A stretch of 11,080 nucleotides of DNA from a virus (Duplodnaviria; Heunggongvirae; Uroviricota; Caudoviricetes): the IMG/VR virus record IMGVR_UViG_2778261641_000016. One strand, given 5' to 3'. Below, one piece after another: positions 1-7,024 of the stretch. The translations under genes and the position numbers were made by a program. The notes beneath the pieces are model-generated. The model did no database searches. It was not told where the DNA came from and worked only from the letters and a program-made list of their open reading frames with translations. The stretch's first letter is position 1, and each line of letters begins with the position of its first letter.

Positions 1-225
1 CAATATGGTGCCGCAGTAAAAGCGGCAGAAGCACAGCGACAGTCACTGATTGATACTGCAATGGCTTCCATTAGTCTGATTCAACTGAAATTACAGGCCG
101 GACGGGAGTTGACGCAGGCAGAAACAACCCGACTTAACGCTGTGCTGGATTACATTGACGCGGTGACGGCAACAGATACCAGCACCGCACCGGATGTCAT
201 CTGGCCTGAACTGCCGGAGGCGTAG
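1..225 (+). CDS. phage tail fiber assembly protein, C-terminal part (5' end outside window)
   Basis: Frame 1 is open from base 1 to TAG at 223-225. Translation ends ...TQAETTRLNAVLDYIDAVTATDTSTAPDVIWPELPEA*, which matches the conserved C-terminal tail of lambdoid/P2-type Tfa chaperones as I recall them. No start codon in the window. Confidence 0.75.
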   Translation, partial: QYGAAVKAAEAQRQSLIDTAMASISLIQLKLQAGRELTQAETTRLNAVLDYIDAVTATDTSTAPDVIWPELPEA

Positions 226-459
226 GCCATTCAATATCTGGCACACAGGACAAAACTGAGACACACAAGGCTTTGCACTGTATTGCAAGGCTTTGTTCTC
301 TCCTGTGGATGTGTGTCTACATATTTGAAGATTGTTGTGCCGTATTTGTGACATACGCATGACAACATCATGCATCAACTTTCTGTTTGTGCCATCAACT
401 ATAGCTTAGTGAATGCGGTTAATGCTTGCTAAAACAGATAGTTATGATTGGTGCTACAG

Positions 460-505
460 ATTCGTAATGCGAAGGTCGTAGGTTCGACTCCTATTATCGG
501 CACCA
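460..505 (+). pseudogene. 3' half of a tRNA-Thr gene (thrW-type, anticodon loop through CCA); attachment-site remnant
   Basis: ATTCGTAATGCGAAGGTCGTAGGTTCGACTCCTATTATCGGCACCA contains an anticodon loop TTCGTAA (CGT), T-arm GTAGG-TTCGACT-CCTAT, acceptor 3' strand TATCGGC, discriminator A and CCA. The matching 5' acceptor strand GCCGATA is absent upstream, so this is a fragment and not a functional tRNA. Identity to E. coli thrW is from memory. Confidence 0.65.
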
Positions 506-1085
506 TCAACAGAAAATCCCGTAAAAACAGCATTCTTTAGCATGTTTATCTAACGGTTTGTAACTTCTGTTCTAACGTCTGTTAGCACTGGTAAACGCCT
601 TTGCGTTGTATCGGCTCAAGTATTGTACAACGTACTGGCGGGTAGTTACCAGGCTCAAGCCCGAACAGCATTAGAAATTATGCCATCCCTTGAAGCTAAA
701 AGAGTTGCCGGACTCTCTAAACACATCACTTGAACCCTTAGCGATACGTTCCGCGCTTCGTGCGGCGCTCAATGATGCTACACGTCGAGATGACGTTGCA
801 GAAAATAAACAGGCGTAATGTTGGGAAGACTAACCGGATCGGGAAAGAATCCGGCTCTGCCACGGTTTCGATCACCGGAGTATAACGATCACCTGATAAG
901 AGAACGTGCTAAGGCTTTATCCTCCCTGCGAAGGGATTACACCCTGCGGAAGCGCTACGCGCCGCCTTTTCTTATGTGCCCAACACGGCACGTAATGGTC
1001 ATCCATTATCTGCACCATTGTAACTTTCGTTGTACTGCCTCTCTGATGTACGTTGAGCGCTGGCAGATTCAGCGGAGGGGATATC

Positions 1086-1244
1086 ATGTCAAAAGCTAAC
1101 CAAAAAGCAGCCACGAAGCGCAACAACCGTAAGATTCACGCCCGTAAATTCCTGGCAACACCAGAGGGGAAAGCCTGGCTTGCTAAGAAGCAGGAAGAGC
1201 GAGAGGAAATCAAGTTGGCGCGAGCTGCAAACTTGATGTTTTGA
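1086..1244 (+). CDS. small, strongly basic hypothetical protein (52 aa)
   Basis: ATG at 1086 lies 6 nt after SD GGAGGG (1074-1079), in frame with track ORF 1053..1244. Product MSKANQKAATKRNNRKIHARKF... is Lys/Arg-rich. Stop TGA 1242-1244. Confidence 0.45.
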   Translation: MSKANQKAATKRNNRKIHARKFLATPEGKAWLAKKQEEREEIKLARAANLMF

Positions 1245-1247
1245 GAT

Positions 1248-1263
1248 GGGGCTAATCAGCCCC
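1248..1263. terminator. GC hairpin between convergent genes (possible terminator)
   Basis: GGGGCT-AATC-AGCCCC perfect 6-bp stem immediately after the stop of the 1086..1244 gene. It overlaps the stop codon of the convergent minus-strand gene and has no adjacent U-tract, so function is uncertain. Confidence 0.3.
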
Positions 1264-2029
1264 TATTGCCCCTATGCTTTTTTTCGAATCTTGTCACAAC
1301 TCTATCCAACCATTTGGGTTCTTCTCTAAGATCTGAGTAGTAACAATTTTCTGGAACCGCGTTCCAGAAAGCAGTTATTGCGTTAGCAAAATCTACAAAT
1401 TGATCTTCTGAGACATGTAAATCGTCATGGTTAGGGACAATCTGCGTGCCTCTAACATCGGTGGGGTTTGGGTAATACTCAGGATGATCAACTGATAGTG
1501 TTTGATGTGCAGGGCCGTCTCCATGCTTGTATACGTTTACCACCAAGTTACAGGCTTTTATCCTTTCTCCGTATTCGGTTCCATTGATTGTGAGGCCAAT
1601 CCATTCGAGCAAATCAATTAGCTGATGGAAAGTTAAATTCCAGATCATGGGGGTAATCAATTCTCTTTCACACCAATTACTTAGCTCTTTGATAGTATGT
1701 TCTCTTAGTTTTTTATCAAACTGATGATACATACCTGCTGTCAACGCCAACAATACGGTATTTTGCATCTCCAGAAGCGACCGTACATAATAAATTCCCT
1801 CATGATAGGCTTGCTCGTAGGCCGCCATTGGGTCATCGTTATCTTGATCAAAATACTCAGCAGTAGTCTCCAAAAACTGTTGTTCTCTCTTCTCTGCTTC
1901 TTGTTCTAAATCACCAAACTGAGAGAGAAGCCGCCGCCTTGCCTCAGAAACGTAAAATTCATGGGGTTCAAGAAAGTATGGAAGATCGGCTCTGGCTAAC
2001 CAGAAGGTGACAAAATTTTCAGTAGACAT
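1256..2029 (-). CDS. hypothetical protein (257 aa), function unknown
   Basis: Long minus-strand ORF. Preferred start is the ATG at 2029 (MSTENFVTFW...), preceded by SD GAGGAA with 4-6 nt spacing; the track start at 2056 has no SD. No motif I can assign. Confidence 0.6.
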   Translation of the reverse strand: MSTENFVTFWLARADLPYFLEPHEFYVSEARRRLLSQFGDLEQEAEKREQQFLETTAEYFDQDNDDPMAAYEQAYHEGIYYVRSLLEMQNTVLLALTAGMYHQFDKKLREHTIKELSNWCERELITPMIWNLTFHQLIDLLEWIGLTINGTEYGERIKACNLVVNVYKHGDGPAHQTLSVDHPEYYPNPTDVRGTQIVPNHDDLHVSEDQFVDFANAITAFWNAVPENCYYSDLREEPKWLDRVVTRFEKKHRGNRG

Positions 2030-2192
2030 ACATTTCCTCAATGAAGCGATAGACATTTTGAGGTTATGTTATCTTCGGTGAGGGTTAAAATCCTCAACTG
2101 ATTCAATGGAATTGTCATTTGGTTTGAAATGCGGTAAAAGAATAAAATTCGTAATGTACGCTTTGCAGAAACAATCTGAAAATGAGGTGGTT

Positions 2193-2420
2193 ATGAGTGA
2201 ACGTTACGAATTTTTACCCAATTGCTTCCTGAAAGTCTCTATCTCATCGGGTTACTTTACTGCCATCCTTGATGGTTCGCTTCCTCCTGATACCCCTGGT
2301 TCTGTTCATGCTGATAATGCCACGCAAGTCATAATCGTACTCGATTCCTACTTCCAATTGACTGACTTACAGCATCAAGGAATTGCTAATTATCTTTGCT
2401 CTCAAGGGATGGAACTTTGA
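2193..2420 (+). CDS. hypothetical protein (75 aa)
   Basis: ATG at 2193 preceded by SD GAGGTGG (2184-2190), in frame with track ORF 2106..2420. Divergent from the 257-aa gene. Confidence 0.4.
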   Translation: MSERYEFLPNCFLKVSISSGYFTAILDGSLPPDTPGSVHADNATQVIIVLDSYFQLTDLQHQGIANYLCSQGMEL

Positions 2421-2875
2421 TAGATTGGTTGCTTAATGTTGATAATCTGACCATGCTTGCCGCATGGGCTGGGTTTGCACTATCCATTTTCCAGCTATTA
2501 AAATCCAGAACAGATCTACGCCTTTTCTTAGGTTGCGATCAGTATGAAGACAGAATTTATGTTTCCAACAAAAGCGCCCATGATGTGACGATAAGTTCGG
2601 CGGGCATAGTAACCGCCAGCGGACGCCTTAGCGATTGTTCTAACGAACATTGTGATGAATACATGATCAGCCCCATGTTGCCACGCCGATTAAAAGCCCG
2701 TGATGAAATGATCTTAGAAGTACCATTCATCAATAAGGCTCACCATAATAAGGTGCATCATCGCGGAGGGGTGTATGTTACTACATCTGATGGGAAGCTG
2801 TTCAGTGATGTTAGTTGGCTGCGTCGTCGCTGGTGGTGGATATTGTCTCTGATCCTACGTGATTCCAAGCAGTGA
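2417..2875 (+). CDS. hypothetical protein with N-terminal hydrophobic (probable transmembrane) segment
   Basis: ORF in track (2396..2875) overlaps the stop of the upstream gene. Possible starts are TTG 2417 (after AGGGA at 2405-2409) or ATG 2453; the start is uncertain. Segment LAAWAGFALSIFQLL is hydrophobic. Confidence 0.4.
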   Translation: MIDWLLNVDNLTMLAAWAGFALSIFQLLKSRTDLRLFLGCDQYEDRIYVSNKSAHDVTISSAGIVTASGRLSDCSNEHCDEYMISPMLPRRLKARDEMILEVPFINKAHHNKVHHRGGVYVTTSDGKLFSDVSWLRRRWWWILSLILRDSKQ

Positions 2876-2933
2876 TTACTTATACACCGCACCAGACCAC
2901 GCTGGTTATCTGCTTGTCTTCCTTCTTCAATTG

Positions 2934-3131
2934 TTACTCCTCTTCAAAGGTCATTGTGTAGCGGCATTGCTGCGACGGCCTGAGCGTCACTGTCTCCGTA
3001 AAGTTGGCGTTGGAATAAACGCAAATCTTCGCGTTGTCTGTCTCCTGTTCGTCACTGAGAATCAGGGTTATCTGTCCGGCATTCGCCAGGACTGGCATTA
3101 CTGTCAGCGTCAGCACAAGCAAGCGTTTCAT
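2934..3131 (-). CDS. small secreted protein with Sec-type signal peptide (65 aa)
   Basis: ATG at 3131 preceded by perfect SD AAGGAG with 6-nt spacing. N-terminus MKRLLVLTLTVMPVLANA has an n-h-c signal-peptide layout. The SD overlaps the stop of the upstream recombinase gene, suggesting co-transcription. Confidence 0.55.
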   Translation of the reverse strand: MKRLLVLTLTVMPVLANAGQITLILSDEQETDNAKICVYSNANFTETVTLRPSQQCRYTMTFEEE

Positions 3132-3141
3132 GCGTATCTCC

Positions 3142-3702
3142 TTATAAGTCCATCTCATTGATCACACGGCTAACGGCTTGCTTGTCTAAATCCAGATAGC
3201 GCCTGGTGTCAGTGATGTTGCTGTGATTAAGCACGGTCATAGCTAAAGCGATGTTGTTTGCTGAACGCTTGTAGATGGCATTCCCGCCAGCTTTGCGGAA
3301 GCTGTGAGCTGATACAGTGCCATGAATACCGATAGCTTTAGCGGCCTCTGCGATCTGCTTGCTCACTTCTTCGCGTCGTACAGGCGCTTGCTTGTTCATT
3401 GATCGGTTACGCTGGCTTCTGAACACATGCACATCATGCGGATACTCAGCACGGCGACGAGCAATCATCTGCACCACTGGAGCAGGGAGAGTGAGGGCTT
3501 TACGCTTCCCTGTCTTCTGTTCTTCTATGTCAATCTCACCGTTGATCACTTCGTCGAAGCGTAACGCTACGGCATCCCCCACACGCAGTACAGCGGCTTG
3601 CATCATTAACGTAACGTCAGCTATCAGGCTCTTGTTATGAGCGTTTAGCCACTCCCTGATCGCTTTGGCTTGCTGTTCGTCTAACACTACTGCTCTGTTC
3701 AA
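3142..3702 (-). CDS. small tyrosine recombinase (catalytic domain only; FimB/FimE-size integrase/invertase, or truncated integrase)
   Basis: Product carries the catalytic signature in order: Arg in VLRVGDAVALRFDEV, HxxR in HSFRK, and HSNITDTRRY near the C-terminus. Probable start TTG at 3702 after SD GGGAGGG; the track start at 3774 is also TTG but has no SD. There is no N-terminal arm/core-binding domain. Confidence 0.65.
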   Translation of the reverse strand: MNRAVVLDEQQAKAIREWLNAHNKSLIADVTLMMQAAVLRVGDAVALRFDEVINGEIDIEEQKTGKRKALTLPAPVVQMIARRRAEYPHDVHVFRSQRNRSMNKQAPVRREEVSKQIAEAAKAIGIHGTVSAHSFRKAGGNAIYKRSANNIALAMTVLNHSNITDTRRYLDLDKQAVSRVINEMDL

Positions 3703-3799
3703 TTTACCCTCCCATAAAGACACACATCTAAACTCAACGAAACAAACAATATGATCAATTTCAGTAAGTTGCAATATAAATGATCAAAAATCGAACTGT

Positions 3800-4009
3800 C
3801 TTGTGTGTGGTAAATGGCGCGATTGCGTCCAGTGCTTAACGACCTCCAGGGCCGCCTCCAGATCGAAAATTTCTTCTCCTCTAAATATCTTGAACAAAAT
3901 CATGATGTTGGCATTTATAAACATGTGTTTGAACATTGCCAAATCCTCAACTCTGCACGAAGAACAGCGGCAACAGCGGAACATCACACTACCAATGCTT
4001 GTGTGTGGT
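3800..4009. repeat. pair of 12-bp direct repeats CTTGTGTGTGGT (3800-3811 and 3998-4009)
   Basis: Exact 12-mer present twice, 198 bp apart, directly upstream of the recombinase gene. Confidence 0.4.
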
Positions 4010-4080
4010 TATTGTCTATCTCATTGATTTAAATCTGATAAATGTAAGGTTGTTAGGCGAGGGCGGGGCTAACCTGCCTG

Positions 4081-4109
4081 TATGCACAAATTATGCGGAG
4101 TTTATGCAC
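4081..4109 (+). repeat. three TATGC(A/G) direct repeats phased at 11 bp (iteron-like)
   Basis: TATGCAC at 4081, TATGCGG at 4092, TATGCAC at 4103, with exact helical-turn spacing, directly after a GC box GGCGAGGGCGGGG (4056-4068). Confidence 0.4.
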
Positions 4110-4460
4110 TTGAAACTGAGTGTGTAATGAAATGATTAGAATGCTAATCAATTGGTGGATTTTGGCATGAAAAAGAAACATCGTTTCATTTTAGAAAACT
4201 CGTTCAGCACATTGCACCTGTCATGAAACTCCTCATTGTGGACAATGATCGCTGTGAGCCGCATGGCGCAAGGCTTTACGCAAAGTGAGTGATGGTTACT
4301 ATCTTGCTGACTATGGCAACTTTACCCATGTAACAACGGCAATCTTTACCTGTCATTTAAGATAGGCTTAGCTATGATTATCGTGTTGTTTTGATAGGAA
4401 TAACCTCTCGTTACTCTTAGTGTTGTTGCATGGATGAATCAGAGTTAGTTGGGGGCGTTA

Positions 4461-4541
4461 TACATCAAAATGATGTATAGATGCATGGGATACGCATCAA
4501 ATTGATGTATGGATCGGCAAACTACACATCAAATTGATGTT
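4461..4541. promoter_or_regulatory. array of three inverted-repeat sites CATCA-N3-TGATG phased at 32 bp (operator-like)
   Basis: tACATCAAAATGATGTa (centre 4469), cGCATCAAATTGATGTa (centre 4501), cACATCAAATTGATGTt (centre 4533). Half-site copies recur at the downstream promoters. Confidence 0.5.
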
Positions 4542-5091
4542 CTATACAAAGAGATTCTAAAAGCGATCTCTAAAAGAGAGCTTTTAGAAGATCTTGTTAA
4601 AGATTCGCTTTGCTGGCGCGTATCGCCTGGCAAGTGACCTGATTCGCCTTTGGGGGCTACTCGGTCAGCCGCTCACGACGCAGCGTAGCGCATCTGTCTG
4701 TGATTGTGCCAGGGCTTCGCCCTCGTGAAACGAGGCACAGAAGCTATGCGCCGTGTGCGCAATGTCTTTCAGCATAACTTCTGCCTGTCTTCCATGCTCC
4801 GCATTCATCCATGCAAAGTTAGCCCACGGCTAAGGATTCACTGGTCGCTGATGGCTCCAGTTCATCCAGCCTCAATCCAATACCATCACCTACTATCCTG
4901 ATAACTAACGTTATCCCTCAGTAGTTGTGCTATTGGTTTCGGGAGTAAGTGCCAGAGGGCGGCGGTAACGCAAACGGAACGCCCCAGACGCGCTGAGAGC
5001 GAATTTGAGAGGATAGGGAGGGGATTGCAACTCTCAGGCTTTCAAACCTGTTAGAAAGCGATAGACCGCGTTTTATGATGACATGAATGAA

Positions 5092-5120
5092 TTGATCACA
5101 ACGTGGAAATGCGCTATAAT
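5092..5120 (+). promoter_or_regulatory. sigma70-like promoter (TTGATC - 17 bp - TATAAT)
   Basis: -35 TTGATC at 5092-5097, 17-nt spacer, perfect -10 TATAAT at 5115-5120; points into the downstream operon. Confidence 0.5.
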
Positions 5121-5142
5121 TTGAAAGGGATTTAAATAAGTG

Positions 5143-5171
5143 TTGACATTTAAATCATTTCATGTTAAAGT
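5143..5171 (+). promoter_or_regulatory. second tandem sigma70-like promoter (TTGACA - 17 bp - TAAAGT with TG extension)
   Basis: Perfect -35 TTGACA at 5143-5148, 17-nt spacer, -10 TAAAGT at 5166-5171 preceded by TGt. The half-site AAATGATGTA (5172-5181) sits at the predicted transcription start. Confidence 0.45.
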
Positions 5172-5266
5172 AAATGATGTAGGGTAATGAAAGCATTCAT
5201 CCCGTCCTCATCTCAGGCATCCAGCCTAACGCAAACAATCCAACTTACACCGCACTATCAGGCAAC

Positions 5267-5515
5267 GTGATTAACGTTCTCCCTGGATGGTGTTTCTGTG
5301 TTTCTAACGCAAGGAGAACCAAAATTAAGTATTTTAATCCAGAACTTGTCTTCGAGGCTTTAAAGGCCGGAAGCCAGACGCGAAATGCAATAAACAGCCA
5401 GCGAGCAGCCGCACAACGGCAAGGATATTTCGAACACGCTGAAAGATTGCGTAAAGGAATCGAACTTTACGATCAATGGAAAGCTGAACAGGCTGAAACC
5501 ACCACCAACGAATAA
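5267..5515 (+). CDS. hypothetical protein; start codon uncertain
   Basis: Open frame in track from GTG 5267 to TAA 5513-5515. A strong SD AAGGAGAA (5311-5318) lies inside it but no in-frame ATG/GTG/TTG follows within 15 nt; only ATT at 5325. Confidence 0.35.
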   Translation: MINVLPGWCFCVSNARRTKIKYFNPELVFEALKAGSQTRNAINSQRAAAQRQGYFEHAERLRKGIELYDQWKAEQAETTTNE

Positions 5516-5533
5516 ACCAGAAGGAGAAACCAA

Positions 5534-5710
5534 ATGAGCGAAATCCAGAAGAAGAAACCAGCCGGAACATTCGTAAAACTGCCGGATGAAGTGTTTAGTA
5601 CTTTGTTCAAAGAGGCGCGAGCGAGAGGCGTAACAGTGCAGGAGATGTTAATTGACGCTGCAACCACACTTTCCACATCAATTAAGAACGGAGAACGTTC
5701 TACCAAATAA
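5534..5710 (+). CDS. small DNA-binding protein, ribbon-helix-helix-like (58 aa)
   Basis: ATG 5534 is 7 nt after perfect SD AAGGAG (5521-5526). Product MSEIQKKKPAGTFVKLPDEVFSTLFKEARARGVTVQEMLIDAA... has the beta-strand/helix/helix pattern of Arc/CopG-type proteins. Not in the ORF track because it is under 60 aa. Confidence 0.55.
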   Translation: MSEIQKKKPAGTFVKLPDEVFSTLFKEARARGVTVQEMLIDAATTLSTSIKNGERSTK

Positions 5711-5724
5711 GGATACACCCTAAC

Positions 5725-6465
5725 ATGACTGACATTATAAACAGTAAGGCTTTTAGTTTCACCAACACCGAAGACGCATTTAACGAATGCACCAGGATCA
5801 CCAATCTTAAAACAGGCGTAACAGAGTCCCTGTCTCCTGCTGATAAGCAGTTTTACGTCAGAATGCGCCATCGTTATTATCGCTTTGCGATAGAGTTGGG
5901 CGGTACTTATTACGATGACATTGATCAACTTGGTGCAAGTATTGGTGTCAGCTCGGCTACGGCAACACGTATTGTTGCAAAGTTGAAGAAAATCGGACTG
6001 ATCGCCAGTAATAAGCCAAAGCGCTCTAACCAATGGACTATAACGCCACTCACGCCGCAAAACTTCACCTTTGAACGTGATCGTAATGCGATGGAACGTG
6101 ATTCCGCGCCGGAATGGGTAGATTGTCTGAAACATCCCGTGTTTGGCAAAGCTAAAGAAGACGTAGCGCCAGAGGAAGAAAAACAGCAGTCAGTGCCAGA
6201 AGAGGCCAAAGCAGATCCGAAGCCGGAGAAGCCAAAGAAAATGCCTACGAAGAAACCCGCCTCCATTCCAGCTAAAGATATTAAGATAGAGCCAGTTAAT
6301 TTAAACTTTCTTGAGGGTTATCGGGATGAATGGGAGAATCCTGAAAAGAATCTACCAGTTTCACAACATCCGAAAATCAGATGGCTACTTATTAACGGAT
6401 ACCTGGACACAGAGAAGAATCCAAAACTTAAACCAATCTACGAGGAAATAGAACATTTATGCTGA
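5725..6465 (+). CDS. winged-helix DNA-binding protein with long Pro/Lys/Glu-rich linker (possible phage O-type replication initiator or regulator)
   Basis: 246-aa ORF. The N-terminal part has an HTH-like segment (DIDQLGASIGVSSATATRIVAKLKKIGLIAS), followed by a low-complexity linker (EEEKQQSVPEEAKADPKPEKPKKMPTKKPASIP). The domain layout resembles replisome-organiser proteins; assignment is from pattern only. Confidence 0.6.
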   Translation: MTDIINSKAFSFTNTEDAFNECTRITNLKTGVTESLSPADKQFYVRMRHRYYRFAIELGGTYYDDIDQLGASIGVSSATATRIVAKLKKIGLIASNKPKRSNQWTITPLTPQNFTFERDRNAMERDSAPEWVDCLKHPVFGKAKEDVAPEEEKQQSVPEEAKADPKPEKPKKMPTKKPASIPAKDIKIEPVNLNFLEGYRDEWENPEKNLPVSQHPKIRWLLINGYLDTEKNPKLKPIYEEIEHLC

Positions 6466-6920
6466 AAACGGTTATACCCAAACAATACAACGAACGTGAT
6501 CTTAACATCATCCATCTTGCCAGTTTATTAAATCCAGAAGTTGAAAGAGGTGTTGCATTCGAACAAGCGCAAGAACTTGTAGATGTTTACGCTGAGCGAG
6601 GTGAATCAAGTTACGCTAATGCTCTTGTTACGCTATTCAATGCAGCGATGAAGCCACCGAAAGAGATAGAATGTAAAATGACATCCCCACATCTTCACGA
6701 TAAGAATCTGTCTCCTTCGGAACGTCTGGTATTAATGCACCTCGAATCACTGCCATCATTAACAAATGTGAAACAGGAGTCAATAGCGATAGTGTTGGGG
6801 ATAAGTGTGGCAACTGTATCCAGTGCGATTCGCAAGCTTCGCCGCAATGATTATCTAACTACTACGTTAATCAAACCTGGTCGCGGTAAAGGATGCGACA
6901 TTACACTTACGACTAAATAA
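6459..6920 (+). CDS. hypothetical protein with C-terminal winged-helix DNA-binding motif (153 aa)
   Basis: Start overlaps the upstream stop (ATGCTGA), implying translational coupling. C-terminal region SPSERLVLMHLESL...ESIAIVLGISVATVSSAIRKLRRNDYL is HTH-like. Confidence 0.55.
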   Translation: MLKTVIPKQYNERDLNIIHLASLLNPEVERGVAFEQAQELVDVYAERGESSYANALVTLFNAAMKPPKEIECKMTSPHLHDKNLSPSERLVLMHLESLPSLTNVKQESIAIVLGISVATVSSAIRKLRRNDYLTTTLIKPGRGKGCDITLTTK

Positions 6921-7024
6921 CAACAATCGGGAAACTTTTATGATTACTGCTTTATGGTGGTTCACCATATTCTATGGCGTTTACGTTATAACCAGACAAG
7001 GAGTTTCCCCTCTACGAGGAATGA

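Noticed and set aside
91-378. 95-aa minus-strand ORF
   Set aside because: Antisense to the well-supported tail-fiber-assembly reading frame and extends into the intergenic region; no SD.
818-1126. ORFs 818..1099 (+) and 917..1126 (-)
   Set aside because: Mutually overlapping, no SD, and the plus-strand one reads through the SD and start of the 1086 gene; more likely decayed sequence.
1724-1909. 61-aa plus-strand ORF
   Set aside because: Lies entirely inside and antisense to the 257-aa minus-strand gene.
2859-3161. 100-aa plus-strand ORF
   Set aside because: Antisense to the SD-supported secreted-protein gene and the recombinase 3' end.
3359-3640. 93-aa plus-strand ORF
   Set aside because: Antisense, inside the recombinase gene.
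3784-4127. Cluster of 63-74 aa ORFs on both strands (3784..3987, 3803..4027, 3814..4032, 3936..4127)
   Set aside because: Mutually overlapping in several frames with no SD; the region is repeat-rich and better explained as regulatory DNA.
4167-4226. 19-codon ORF MKKKHRFILENSFSTLHLS after GGTGGA
   Set aside because: Too short to support without conservation or expression data.
4704-4901. 65-aa plus-strand ORF in the GC-rich segment
   Set aside because: No SD and Cys/His/Arg-rich low-complexity product, typical of a chance ORF in GC-rich non-coding DNA.
4400-5260. Retron (msr-msd ncRNA) hypothesis
   Set aside because: No reverse transcriptase gene (no YxDD-containing ORF) follows or precedes the structured segment.
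5334-6266. Minus-strand ORFs 5334..5570, 5473..6135 and 5925..6266
   Set aside because: Antisense to the SD-supported plus-strand operon genes; 5473..6135 has a low-complexity product.
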